Assembly (NCBI RefSeq): GCF_018350175.1
Contig: NC_058368.1
Coordinates: forward strand, 127,660,001 to 127,724,000
Source of the DNA: Felis catus
Taxonomy: Eukaryota
DNA: 64,000 nucleotides
Direction of reading: 5' to 3'
In this document: one piece after another, positions 1 through 11,337 of the stretch
How positions within the stretch are numbered: the stretch's first letter is position 1
Layout of the letters: every line of letters begins with the position of its first letter
Position numbers and translations under genes: made by a program
Notes under the pieces: model-generated
Told to the model about the DNA's origin: nothing
What the model saw: only the letters and a program-made list of their open reading frames with translations
The model's database searches: none

Positions 1-429
1 GCATCTGCGTTGAAATCACATTCACTATTTTGCCACAGTCCCACCACTTGAGACAGAGAAACAGAGAGAGACAGACGCACCCAAAACAGGGTTGACTTAG
101 TAGATTTGCTAAATGTTGTGTATTCACATGGGGGAAACACTGGAGAGATCCATGGTAAAATTCCCATTGCATATCCTGCTGTCTCTGCAGTTCCTCTCCC
201 ATCCATCTTCCCCTTACACAGACTCTCAAAGACTCATCTGCCCTCTGTAGTCTCTATTATTAATTCTCTTCCACTCACAAGGCATTCCAAGAAGCAAACA
301 GGAATGTCCTCTCTGTTGGGCACATATTGAGAAGGTCGGGCAGATGTTACAAATAAAGACTCCTTTAGCTTTATTTTTATATCCAGCAATACATCTTTCT
401 GGACATAGCTTCTTTTACCTTTTTTAAAA

Positions 430-570
430 AAAAATGAGACACAATTTCCACATAGTGAAATGCACAGATGTTAAGTGTACAGTTTGATCAATTTGGATAA
501 ACGAAGGTACAAGTATAACCCATAACCCTAGCAGGACACACAATATTTTCATCCCTCTAGCAATTCCCTG
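430..570 (-). mobile_element. Old L1M 3'-end fragment
   Basis: catagtgaaatgcacagatgttaagtgtacagtttgat motif typical of antisense L1ME-like 3' ends. Confidence 0.55.
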
Positions 571-604
571 TGTGGGACCCAGTTTCTAACCCCAGCTTAG
601 CAGT

Positions 605-810
605 CCGCTAAGCACTTAGGTATTTAAATCTATTTACTTCTCACAAACTCCTATGCTTCAAAGTAGGTACTATGTTCTCATTCTCATCTTTTAGATGATG
701 AGAATGAGTCACTGAGAAGCCAAGTAGCTTGCTGAAGGTCAAGGGTATTAGCAGGAACCCCAAGGCCCAGAGCAGGCAGTATGGCCTTCATGGCCTGTGA
801 ACCACACTGC
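605..810 (-). mobile_element. MIR SINE
   Basis: Degenerate reverse MIR core (cttttagatgatgagaatgagtcactgagaagccaagtagcttgctgaaggtca). Confidence 0.6.
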
Positions 811-2547
811 CATGCCAGGCAGTCTCTCAAATAGAAGGTAGCTTCTTGGCCCCCCAGAATTAAGCCTCCAGCTACATTTCATTGAATCCTCTCTTCAGTA
901 TACCCTATGTCCAAATACGATTGATTCTCCTGACTGTCCCTTGTTCTACATTCTACCTCCACTAAGCCAAGGCCATCATGTTTTCACAGATGCACTATGA
1001 GAAAATGTCCCTACAGGTCTCCCTGCCTTTAGTCCTTTCTACAACAAACTATCTTGGGACAGATTCACACTCTTGTTTTTCTGTGTTATGCTTACATCAC
1101 CCCCTGAAAGACAGACAGACAGACACACACACACACACACACCTGACTCCAAAACCTTTATCTCTAATGCAAGCCTTTCTTCACTTAGGCTCATTTAAAC
1201 CCCAAATTACTTCAGTGTGTTAATTGCCTATCCAGTCAGTCCTGGTTTCTCATTTATTGAGCAACTACTATGTTCCAAGCACTAAGCCAAGGTCTATCAA
1301 ATTCTACCTCCTGTTCAAGGTCTACCTAAGTCCAACTATCTACATCCTCTGAAATTACTATAGCACTTGGGGTCCACACAACCTACTTCAGCCTCTAATT
1401 GATGAATGTGTTGACATTTTATTTTCCCATTTGGATGTGAAGTTTCTTGCAAGAAAGAGGTATCTCCCAAGTGTCTAAGTCTTCAATCTACCATCTAGAA
1501 TGCATGTTACACTAGGGCTTGGATGTGTGCTGCCTGTTTTGTTCATGACGAATTCAGATACCCAGAGTGTGTCTGTACACAGCAGGTACTCAGGAAACGT
1601 TTGCTGAATGATGAATGAATCTCCCTCTACACTTGGTATGATGCTGAACACATAGGATTAAATCCATACCTAAATAAATGAGAGTTTAACATTAACTAAT
1701 CCTTCCAGATTACCTGAAAAAAATTGAACAACCTTTGAAGAGTTAAAAAAATATATGTAGCTTTTGCACTCAAGGATATACTAGCAGATTCTAGAGTTCC
1801 CATGCAGTTGTGGCAAGAACAGATAGAATACTATAGCTCCTCACAAATGACAGTTGATCAATATTTTGAAAAATAAAATCATAACATAATGAACTCATTC
1901 TTTGTACTATGCATTAGCCACAGCTTATCAGTAGTATTAATTGCTCATTGATATTTTCTACTTGCTAGGATTCAATCAATTCTATTACTTTGATGTTACC
2001 GCTTAATAATAGTGCCAAGTTTTTAATCATTAAAGATACTTGTATTCATTTACATAGCAGAATTAGAATGTTAGAAATACAATATTTGAGAATTGGAAAT
2101 ACTAACAGTCTACAGGTTTATTTTTTTCAGTCAAGTTTCTTTTTGTCCCTTTGTTTTTAACTAGGATAGTTCTTTGTTTTAACAAAGAATTCAACATATA
2201 AAGAGGTAAAAGTAGAGGTGTTCTGGTTGACACAGGGAGAAGAACAGGAGAACATCCAGAGCTCCACCTGCTCACCCTCTCTTCACTATCCCCGAGGCAC
2301 ATGCCCTCTGCTGCTACAAAACCCAGACATGATGCAGGCCACAGCTTCAATTATACCTGACCAGGACTAGCTACTTACTTAAGATAGAAGAAAGGAGATT
2401 CAGAGAGGGCTCCCTGCCAAACACCGTTTAGCTGGACAGTAGTGGGGCCAGGAGGGATTCCTGACCTCAGGCAAGGGGTGTTTCCACCAGGGTGAATTGG
2501 CCATATACCAAGGTCTTACTGACACTTGCTGTTCTCACATAAATCCT

Positions 2548-2771
2548 GAAAAACTTAACAGAAGACCATGGGGGAGGAGAAGGGAAAAAAAAAAAGTTAG
2601 GGAGAGAGCCAAACCATAAGAGACTCTTAAAAACTGAGAATAAACTGAGGGTTGATGGGGGGTGGGAGGGAGGGGAAAGTGGGTGATGGGCACTGAGGAG
2701 GGCACCTGTTGGGATGAGCACTGGGTGTTGTATGGAAACCAATTTGACAACAAATTTCATATTAAAAAAAA
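2548..2771 (+). mobile_element. 5'-truncated cat-type L1 3' end
   Basis: aacttaacagaagaccatggggg...gggatgagcactgggtgttgtatggaaaccaatttgacaa followed by an A tail; likely TSD aaatcct (2541-2547 / 2772-2778). Confidence 0.9.
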
Positions 2772-4029
2772 AAATCCTTCCAGGCATTTTCCTACTTCCA
2801 TGATGGAGGTCTGCTTCTCTCTTACAAGGCTGGCACTGATTCTTCCTACTAGTTGCCCTTGGTTCATGAATCCAGTTTTGGGGCAATGTCAGATTACCAG
2901 TCTGTTTAACAATTTATTTCCATGACCCTTAATTGCTTGCAGCTGGCCTCCTGAAACTTCTGTCATGAAAGTAGTCAGGTTTGCACTCAGTTGTTCTGGT
3001 AAACTATTTAGTGCCTATAGAGTGCCTTTCACCTCAAAAGCCACTGTCTACAGGGTGATTTTCATGGCTGAAAGCCATAGGCAAACATTCACATATGTCG
3101 ATCCATTTATAAAGCGGCTTCATGTAAAGTCCCATGACTTTAAAGTGGTACCTTTGCAAATGGATATCTCTTCTTTTTTATTATCATTATATGCTTACAC
3201 AGACACACATCATTAGTTCTTTATTGACATCCTGTTTTATTTTTATCTGGCTTTAATGTTAGTTGTGAATGTCATCATAAAACTGTCTTCCAGAATACCT
3301 ACTGATAGGGAAGAGGAGAGGGATGAAACAAAACTCAGTGCCATATGGGAGAGGAGAGTCCTGAGGAGCCCCACTGCCTGAGCGACTGAGCAGGAGATGA
3401 AAGCTTGCGGGCGAACACTGAGCCAGTGGACGGCGGGCGAGCGCTCACACGCTGCCTTGGAGAGCATCTATGCTCACAGCTCGGCATTAAAATGGAACGC
3501 GGGTAGACACCAGAGCTGTCAGCTCTGAGGCCTGACTCCCACAGTCCACAGTAAAAAAACCCAAGGCCGCTGGAGGAAAGGCAATTAGGGTTCCCAGAAG
3601 ATGGAAAACCAACATTTAATTGGCTCCTACCAAGTTAAGTACCGGCAATGTCTTTTCATCCCCGACACCTGCGTGGTTGGACTTATCGATTATTTTAATC
3701 TTTTCTGTTTTGGAGATTTAGACTTCATTCTGTTCTTATCATTCAGTTTTGCTTTGGGAGGAAAGCTCTTGAGAAATGCATTTGCAGGACCATCCAGATG
3801 ATCTCATTTCAATGACTGACTGACTTTCAAATGTGTAATTTAGGCTTCCCCAACCTGGGTTGCTTCAGACTGTATATTATTTTTCATATGGTGGAAGTGT
3901 GAGGTGAATCATTTTAATAACTCCTTGAATCACATCCACCTACTTACTCTCTCTCTCTCTTGTGCAAGTAATATGCAGGCATGTGAGTAGTGCACGTCAA
4001 AGAATCAATAGGAAATCACAGTGGGCCCA

Positions 4030-4480
4030 GAGTTATGACATGGCTTCCCAAAAAGTCACATGATATCGGCCTGCATTAATAGAGATGCAGTGCCCATTAT
4101 AAAAAGAGGTTATAAATTTGACTTCTCCAGTAAGACTATATGTACAGCTGTGTGTTCAGTTTTGTCCAGACACATTTTAAGATGATATTCAAATACAATA
4201 ATTTGGAATACAGTCTGAATTCTTGGCTTGACCTCCATGATCTCCATGATGGGCACCCTCTATACCTTATCTGGCTCGTTCCCCAAAACCCTCCTCCTCT
4301 GAATAATTTTTTGTTTCTAGATCAAGCCTGGCTGTTTCTACCCAAAGCCTTTCACTTATAATACCCCCTGCTTCAAAAGCTCCTCTGCCACACAGATAAT
4401 TCCTCCTTATTCAGATATTTGAAACACCCCCATTGCAAAATCTACAGGACATGAAGATGTGCACACATACACGCACACAT

Positions 4481-4514
<34 letters not shown>

Positions 4515-5110
4515 TAATTTCAGACAGTGATTAGTGCCAGGATGAAAGCATACAGGAGTGGATAGGAGAGTGACAGGGTGTGTGTGTGTGTGTGTGTGTG
4601 CATACGTAGTGGTTTATTATCCACTTCCCTCCACTACTCTTCTGTAAAAGCCTTCATGAAAGAAGAGTCCATACTTGCTTTGTTGTTGCTATCTCACCAG
4701 TCCCTATAATAGTGCTGGCACATGGCAGAAACTCAGTAAGTGTCAGTTAAATGAATCATAAATAAATGAAGAGAGTATGTCTGGTGTCAGTTGACCAGGG
4801 CAGTTAGAAAACAGAAGGGTTTATCTGAAAAACTACTGAAGCAAGTGGAATTTAGCCTGGCAAAGAGGAGATTTAGAGAAACCATGATAATTGTCATAAA
4901 CAACCTGAGGGACTGCCATACAGAAGAGACACTGGTGAGGCTGGTGGCAGGATATCTGTGTATTGTGCATACTTTTCAGCTTTTGTCAGGGAGAACATTA
5001 TCACAAAAGGAGCTCTTGAAAAACAATGTGTTTCCTCATTAGGGCTTTTCCTAAATGTGAAATATCCCAGAAAGACGTGGACCAACTGTCTGGTGTAGAA
5101 TATAATCCCA
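4030..5110 (+). mobile_element. L3/CR1 fragments interrupted by L2 sequence and CA/TG microsatellites
   Basis: CR1-like motifs ggcctgcattaatagag (~4070) and tttagcctggcaaagaggagatttagag (~4850); L2-type 3' end at ~4640-4770. Confidence 0.5.
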
Positions 5111-5659
5111 CTATAGACAAGAGGATATGTCGGAATTGTAGAATGAGAGAAAGTGGATTCTGGAAGAAATATCATTTATTCTAATTCTTTACTCTGAAAG
5201 GAAGAGCCTAAAGAGAAGTAACATGATTTGTCCCAAGGTGTAGTCAACACTGTTGGCTACTAATCCCACACCTATTCCCAAACTTATTGTCTCTTACCAA
5301 TTTCTAATATAGAGGCTGGGAATGCTAAACACTAATTTCCCAGCTTCTCTTACATTTGGGATGAACATTTGACATAGTTATAGCCAGTATGAAATGAAAG
5401 ATGAAGGATACTTCTAGAATAGCATTGCTTTCCTGATAAAGGAAACAGAAGTAGGTATCGCTGCCTTTATCCTTCTTCTTGAAATGAAAGGAGATGTAAT
5501 GGCTGGAGCTACAGTAGCCACTTTGTGGCTATTAAAGTCAAAAGCACAGAGATGCTGGTCCTAACATTGTACTGAACAAAAGCCAGCAGCTAACTCTTTT
5601 TGGACTTCCTTATTTGTTTAAAAGGTTGTTAGGATTTTCTGGCAGCTGAAAGCATTTCT

Positions 5660-5931
5660 TTATTTTTTTTAATGTTTATTTATTTATTTTGAGAGAGACA
5701 GAGCTTTCTGTCTCTCTCAAAATAAATAAATATTTATTTTGAGAGGAAGGGAGGGAGGGAGAGAGATTTACAGTGTGAGCAGGGGACGGGCAGAGGGAGA
5801 GAGAATCTCAAGCAGGCTCCATGCTGTCAGGGCAGAGCCTGATGTGGAGCTCAAGCTCACAAACTGTGAGATCATGACCTGAGCCAAAATCAAGTGTTGA
5901 ATGCTTCATCAAATAAGCCACTGAGGCACCC
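5660..5931 (-). mobile_element. Can-SINE with an internal fold-back duplication
   Basis: Reverse SINE body (gagatcatgacctgagccaaaatcaag...ggcaccc); degenerate TSD gcatttct. Confidence 0.9.
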
Positions 5932-6129
5932 TGCCAAAGGCATTTCTAATGGACATGCATATACTACAGAAAGTGTCAGAGTTAAGATCAAACTTATTAT
6001 AAGATTTTATTTTCTATTATATAATTTCCTAGTATGTATTCTATATATTTGTATACTGCATAACAATATAGTGATTTCATATTTCCTAATACTCAGGTAG
6101 ATTTTTCATTATATAAACATACTCAATTT

Positions 6130-6880
6130 TCAACTATTATGAAATGCCTGGTGTGTTCTAAACATAGGGCTAAGACCTGAGAAGTACGTGTGGTGACTGG
6201 CTGTACAAAAATCTACTCTGCTAGAATAGAAAAGCTAATGAATACATGATTAAATTTCAGTGAGATAAGAGCAGAGGGATGCCCAGGATGCAGACAACAG
6301 AGAAGCCCTGATTCCATGATACAAGAGAGACAAAGAGCATATACATCCTCAGGGAGAAGCCATCTGCTGAGAGCTGAGACTTCAATGAAGAGTAGAGGCT
6401 AATCGGAGCAATGGTGAGGGGTAAAGAAATCTCTAAGCAAAAACAGACTATAGTGCATAGAGAGAAGCCCATTCAAGAAACTGCAAACAGTCTGACAAGA
6501 CTAAAATATCGTGGGTGCATAGTGAGACAGTGGGATGTGGCGGGGGGGTTACTGAAAGGTGAGTCTGCAGGGACAAACAGGATTCAGATAAAGAAAGAGT
6601 CTTAGTTGCCAAGGTGATGTGTTGTGCATGTGCCTAAGAACAGGTCCTAGGAAGCCACTTAAGTTTGAAAAGTAGGTGAGTGACCAATAACATTTACTAG
6701 TACATTTACAATTTGTAATTGTACAATTACATTTGTAATAACATTTACAAATACATTTAATAGTGATCACCCTGGTTGCAAGGTGGAACATAAGATAGTG
6801 TGAAGAGGTGTAGGGGCGGTTCAAGAGTGGGAGTCAGGGAAGTGAATTAGGAGCAGAGATGATGGGAGTAGAATTTAAGA
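6130..6880 (-). mobile_element. L2 fragment
   Basis: Purine-rich degenerate L2 motifs (gagctgagacttcaatgaagagtagag; gatcaccctggttgca). Confidence 0.55.
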
Positions 6881-6898
6881 GAATTATCTGTGTTACTT

Positions 6899-7100
6899 GG
6901 GGCACCTGGGTGGCTCAGTCAATTAAGCATCTGACTCTTGCTTTTGGCCCATGATCTCACAGTTCACGAGTTTGAGCCCCTTGTCAGGCTTCACATTGAT
7001 GGTGCGGAGTCTACTTGGGATTCTCTCTCTCTTCCTCTCTCTCTCTCTGCCCCTCCCCTGCTCATGCTCTCTCTCTCAAAATAAATAAACTTAAAAAATA
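6899..7100 (+). mobile_element. Can-SINE
   Basis: ggggcacctgggtggctcag head, (CT)n tract, aaataaataaac tail. Confidence 0.92.
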
Positions 7101-7124
7101 ATTGTTAAAGAGACTTCTCTGTGA

Positions 7125-7800
7125 TTACTCAGAAAAGTTGAAAACTTAATTCCACACAAAATCTGCACAGAGAAGTTTGTAGCAGCTTTATTTATAATTG
7201 TCAAAACTTAGGAAGCAACCAAGATGTCCTTTAAGAAGTGAATGGATAAATATACTATCATACATCCATGCAATGTAATATTAATCAGTGCTAAAAAGAA
7301 ATGAACTATCAAACCACGAAAGGCCCTGGAAGAACCTCAAATGTATATGACTAAGTGAAAAAAGACAATGTGAAAAGGCTAAATACTGTATGATTCCAAA
7401 TACATGACATTTTGTAAAAGGTACAATTACAGAGACAGTAAAAAGATAAGGGGCTTCCAGCGGTTGGAAAGAGGGAAAGAGGAATAACAGGCAGAGCACA
7501 AAAGTTTTTTAGGGCATAAAATTACTCTGTATGATACTAAGATGATGGATACATTTCATTATACACCTGTCCAAACCAATAGAAGGTACAACATCAAGAG
7601 TGAACACTAATGTCAACCATAGACCATGAGTGCCCATGTGTCAATGTAGGTTCATTAATTGTAACAAATAAGCCCTGTTGGTGAGCAGTGGTGATTACAG
7701 GGGAGACTGTGCATGTGTAGAGGCAGGGGATGGATGGAAAATGTCAGTACATTAGCTCAACTTCGCTATGAATGTAAAACCACTCTTAAAAAAAATCATA
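7125..7800 (+). mobile_element. Old L1 (L1MC-like) 3' end
   Basis: gaagcaaccaagatgtcc...gaatggataaa and gtccaaaccaatagaaggtacaacatcaagagtgaac motifs, A-rich end. Confidence 0.8.
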
Positions 7801-9569
7801 AAGTTCATGAAAAGAGAGAGACAGAAGGACTATATGAAATATTGAGAAGGTAGAAATGAAAGGACTTTGGGATAATTAGGTCAAGAGTACTGGGACAAGT
7901 TAAGGATGACGGCCAGGTTTCTGACCTGGTTCACTGGAGGATGGTGGTACGTTTCCAAAGCTAGGTAACACGAAAGGTAGGTAGGAACAGTCCGGGGCAG
8001 GGAGATCCAGGGACTGGTGAGTGTTAGAGAAACATTGTACTACCTTAGATATAAATTTATCACATGTAGAGAACCTGTTTTCTATTCCTAAATCTATGAC
8101 TCTAAAAACAAACAAACAAACAAACAAAAACAGTAATGGAATGAAATGTCAAATAATTTGACCATCAAGTGGGAAACTCAGGGATTACTTGGGATGCTGG
8201 TTTTCATTTCTCTATATGTACCAACCCATCTCTTAAATAGAATATACACTTCCTAGGAATTTTACAGCAATAATTTTGTATTATGCAAAGATATTTGAAT
8301 TAAAATGGCCCCTGTTGTTAATAATCATAAAAACAAATTCATTTGAATTCCCAGTGACCACAAAATAATCGGTCCCATTATCTTACAGTCACAGCTTGTA
8401 CACATGCAAGAATGTTACCAAATGTCAATTAAAATAATGTTTTTCTTATTAAATGTTAAAATAATTATTTTCAGTTAGTTTAACAAAAGCTTTCTTACCT
8501 CAAATTCCACATTTCCGCATGTAAAGTATGTTTCAGTAGTATCTGTGTTTCATTACTAAATCCTTTTGGAATTCTGCCTTTTTTCTTAAAGGTGGAACTA
8601 ACATCATAATGATTACTTCTAATTCATATTCATGAATGTACCTAATGGCTACCCCAGCCAAACAGTTAACATGGTTTCAATTTCTAGAAATCAACATTTG
8701 TAAATTGGATGCCCTTGAAAGTATTCTTTTAAAATATTTTTTATAATGTTTTGCTCACCTCTCATTAATTATATAGAAAAATAGAAAAACCTTAAAAAAT
8801 GTATTTTTTTTTACCTCAGGAAACATATGGTCTAAATGCTTAAGGAAATGTGAGTCATGTCTGATGAGGCAACTACTGAAAAACCAGCTCCTTCTGCCAC
8901 ATTATAAATAGCATGATAAGCCCTATCGAAGGTCAGAAATCTAATTTTAAAATATGTATTTTAAGAGTTTTTATTTTAGCCATCTTGCCATATATTAGAA
9001 ATGTGGCTTCCTTTTGAAGGAAGGGAGATGAAAAACTTCATTTCATTATATTTTCACTCAAAGATCCCTGAGATATTGCAGTGACAAAACAAAACAAAAC
9101 AAAACAAAACCAAAAAAACCAAACCACCGAAAAACAAAAAAAAAACAAACAAAAAAAAACCCCAAAACCCTACAATCTTCCTATTTTCTGCCCTCCTTCC
9201 CTCAGAAAAATCCTTTCACCTCCCAAACAACTTCTAAAAATATACATTTTTCTTTTGTGTTAACTGCTCTCTTGAAACTTAAAGATGTGTCTGAAGGCTT
9301 TGGTTGTCAGTGTTACTTATTTCCAAATTCCCTTCTGGCTCTCAAAGGACTCTTCCCTCTTCTTCCCAAATGAACACCTCTTAAAGTTAAAATGGAGTTG
9401 GCAATATGACACAGGTGATACCATTTATGAAATAGCACATGGCACCTCCAGCCATCTCTCCCTAATGGTGAGCTCCACGTCGAGTGAATGGTTTGATAAG
9501 TGGAACTGATTAAATAAGTCCCCCAGGAAGAAAGGGGGCTTGAATGATGGCTGAAGTTCAGGACACTTA

Positions 9570-10045
9570 TATATATAATCCCCTTCTCTTAAATGTGGGC
9601 TAGCCCTGTGAGTATGAGATACCACTCCCATAGTTAGGTTACAGTATTTGGGGAAGGTGCAGATGTAATTGAGCATCCCAAATCAGTTGAGTTTAGAGTT
9701 AACCAAAAGGTCAGGGGTTATATTATTAGGTGGGCCTGATTTAATCAGGAGAAAGTTCTTAAAAGAGGAAGTGGGCCCTTCCTGAAAAGAGATTGTCACC
9801 AACTAGTCCTAAAACTGCAAACAACTAAATTCTGCCAACAACCTGAAGGGGCTTAGAAAGACCCCAGGCTCAAAAGTGAATGTGCCCTGGTTGCCACCTG
9901 ACTGCAGATTCGTGAGCTCTTCCACTTACAACCCATCTAAGACTGAGCCTGATTCCTGATCCAAGGAAACTGTGAGATCCTAAGTGTTGCTTTAAGTCAC
10001 TGAGCGTGTGCGAGTGTGATACTCAGCAATAAAATACTAATGCAT
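9570..10045 (+). mobile_element. MaLR LTR (MLT1-like)
   Basis: gcagatgtaatt...aatcagttgagttt, aattctgccaacaacctgaa, gaaactgtgagat, cagcaataaaatactaatgca end. Confidence 0.75.
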
Positions 10046-11146
10046 TCTCTTTTTCTCTGTCAACTTGCATTCATCTTTCGGGTCTGAGCTTTAGTTCCCT
10101 TCCTTTAAGGAGCCTCCTGGGACTCTCCTAATTTGTTTTGGCTCTTTTTTTATTTCTTCAGTTAAGAGCAATCACAGGTGGGAAAGCAGTTGCCTATTTT
10201 CTCACCTGCATGTCTCTAACACACTAAACAAGGGTAGATATTGAAGCTAAGACAGGTGAGAACATATTTGTTTGATGGCCAAAATACCTACAGGATATCC
10301 AAGGAAAAGCAACATGTGAACTACAACACGCTTAAATTTTAACGAACATAGAATGTAGTTGGAACCAAAATACAGTGAAACGACCATTAACGTTAACATT
10401 TAATGTATTATCTGACACTGGCTACACATTGAGATGACTCAGAAAAACCCACGGAAGCCAATTTCATTGAATAATTCATGTGTGCATTAGCTGTGTAGAT
10501 ACGGAACCTGAATTTAGACACGATTTGTTACATAACTTTGTTAGTTTTTATGTGAAAACTAGAATGAATCAAACTGCACATTTATGGTAATTTCTCATTT
10601 GTTGATTACCTCTGAAGAAAACACACAGTTCTTTCCACTGGGTTTCAAAGCCTGGTTAGCAGACAGGCTCCCAGAAGCAGTTCTGTGCTGGGGTTGAGGG
10701 ATGAGTCATCTGTGAGATTACAAGAGGTGAACATGCCCTACATGCTAATTACATCAGGCTGAACCTCTTTCAGACATTAGAAATGAAAGCAAATATGTGT
10801 GATATTTTAATTCCACATTAAAGATAGGAGTTCAAATAACAATGCAGCTAAAATAAACATAAAGATCCAGCAATTCCTTGCCTTTTTATAATGACTAGGA
10901 AAAAATTAACCCTCTTTCTGTTGTATACAAAACCATGTATTTATCCACCTTAGCTACTGTCATACCTGATCTAATCTATTGCTGGACACTCACTGAAAGA
11001 GGTCAGCGCAGATTTGTTTTTGATAAAAACAAAATTCTGCATCTTCAGCATTGCTAGACTGGTGAGCTGGGATTATTTCCTGAGGCCCATGAGTTCCCTC
11101 TAACTGGATCTGTCAAGCCGAGGAGCTGTCCAATCTAGGAAGAATT

Positions 11147-11337
11147 CAGTAATTCTCCAACTTTATGATTCAGAAAAATCACCTGGGATGCTTCTTTAAT
11201 GTTCAGATGCCCAGGCCTTCCCCCAGAAATTCTGATCCCCTTAGGTTTGAGGTGGGGTCCCGCCATATGTGTTTTTAAAAAGTCCCAGATTTAATTATGG
11301 TACAGGTGATTTAGCTCTCACACTTTCAGAATCATTG
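11147..11337. mobile_element. MER5-like hAT-Charlie MITE
   Basis: cagtaattctccaac ... aatcacctggg ... cactttcagaatcattg termini and internal motifs. Confidence 0.7.

Noticed and set aside
2467..2925. Overlapping ORFs of 72-139 aa
   Set aside because: They run across an L1 3' UTR fragment; no recognisable protein.
10729..10748. Possible p53 response element gaacatgccc-tacatgcta
   Set aside because: First half-site is consensus, but the second CATG is 9 bp away instead of 10, so the geometry is non-canonical.
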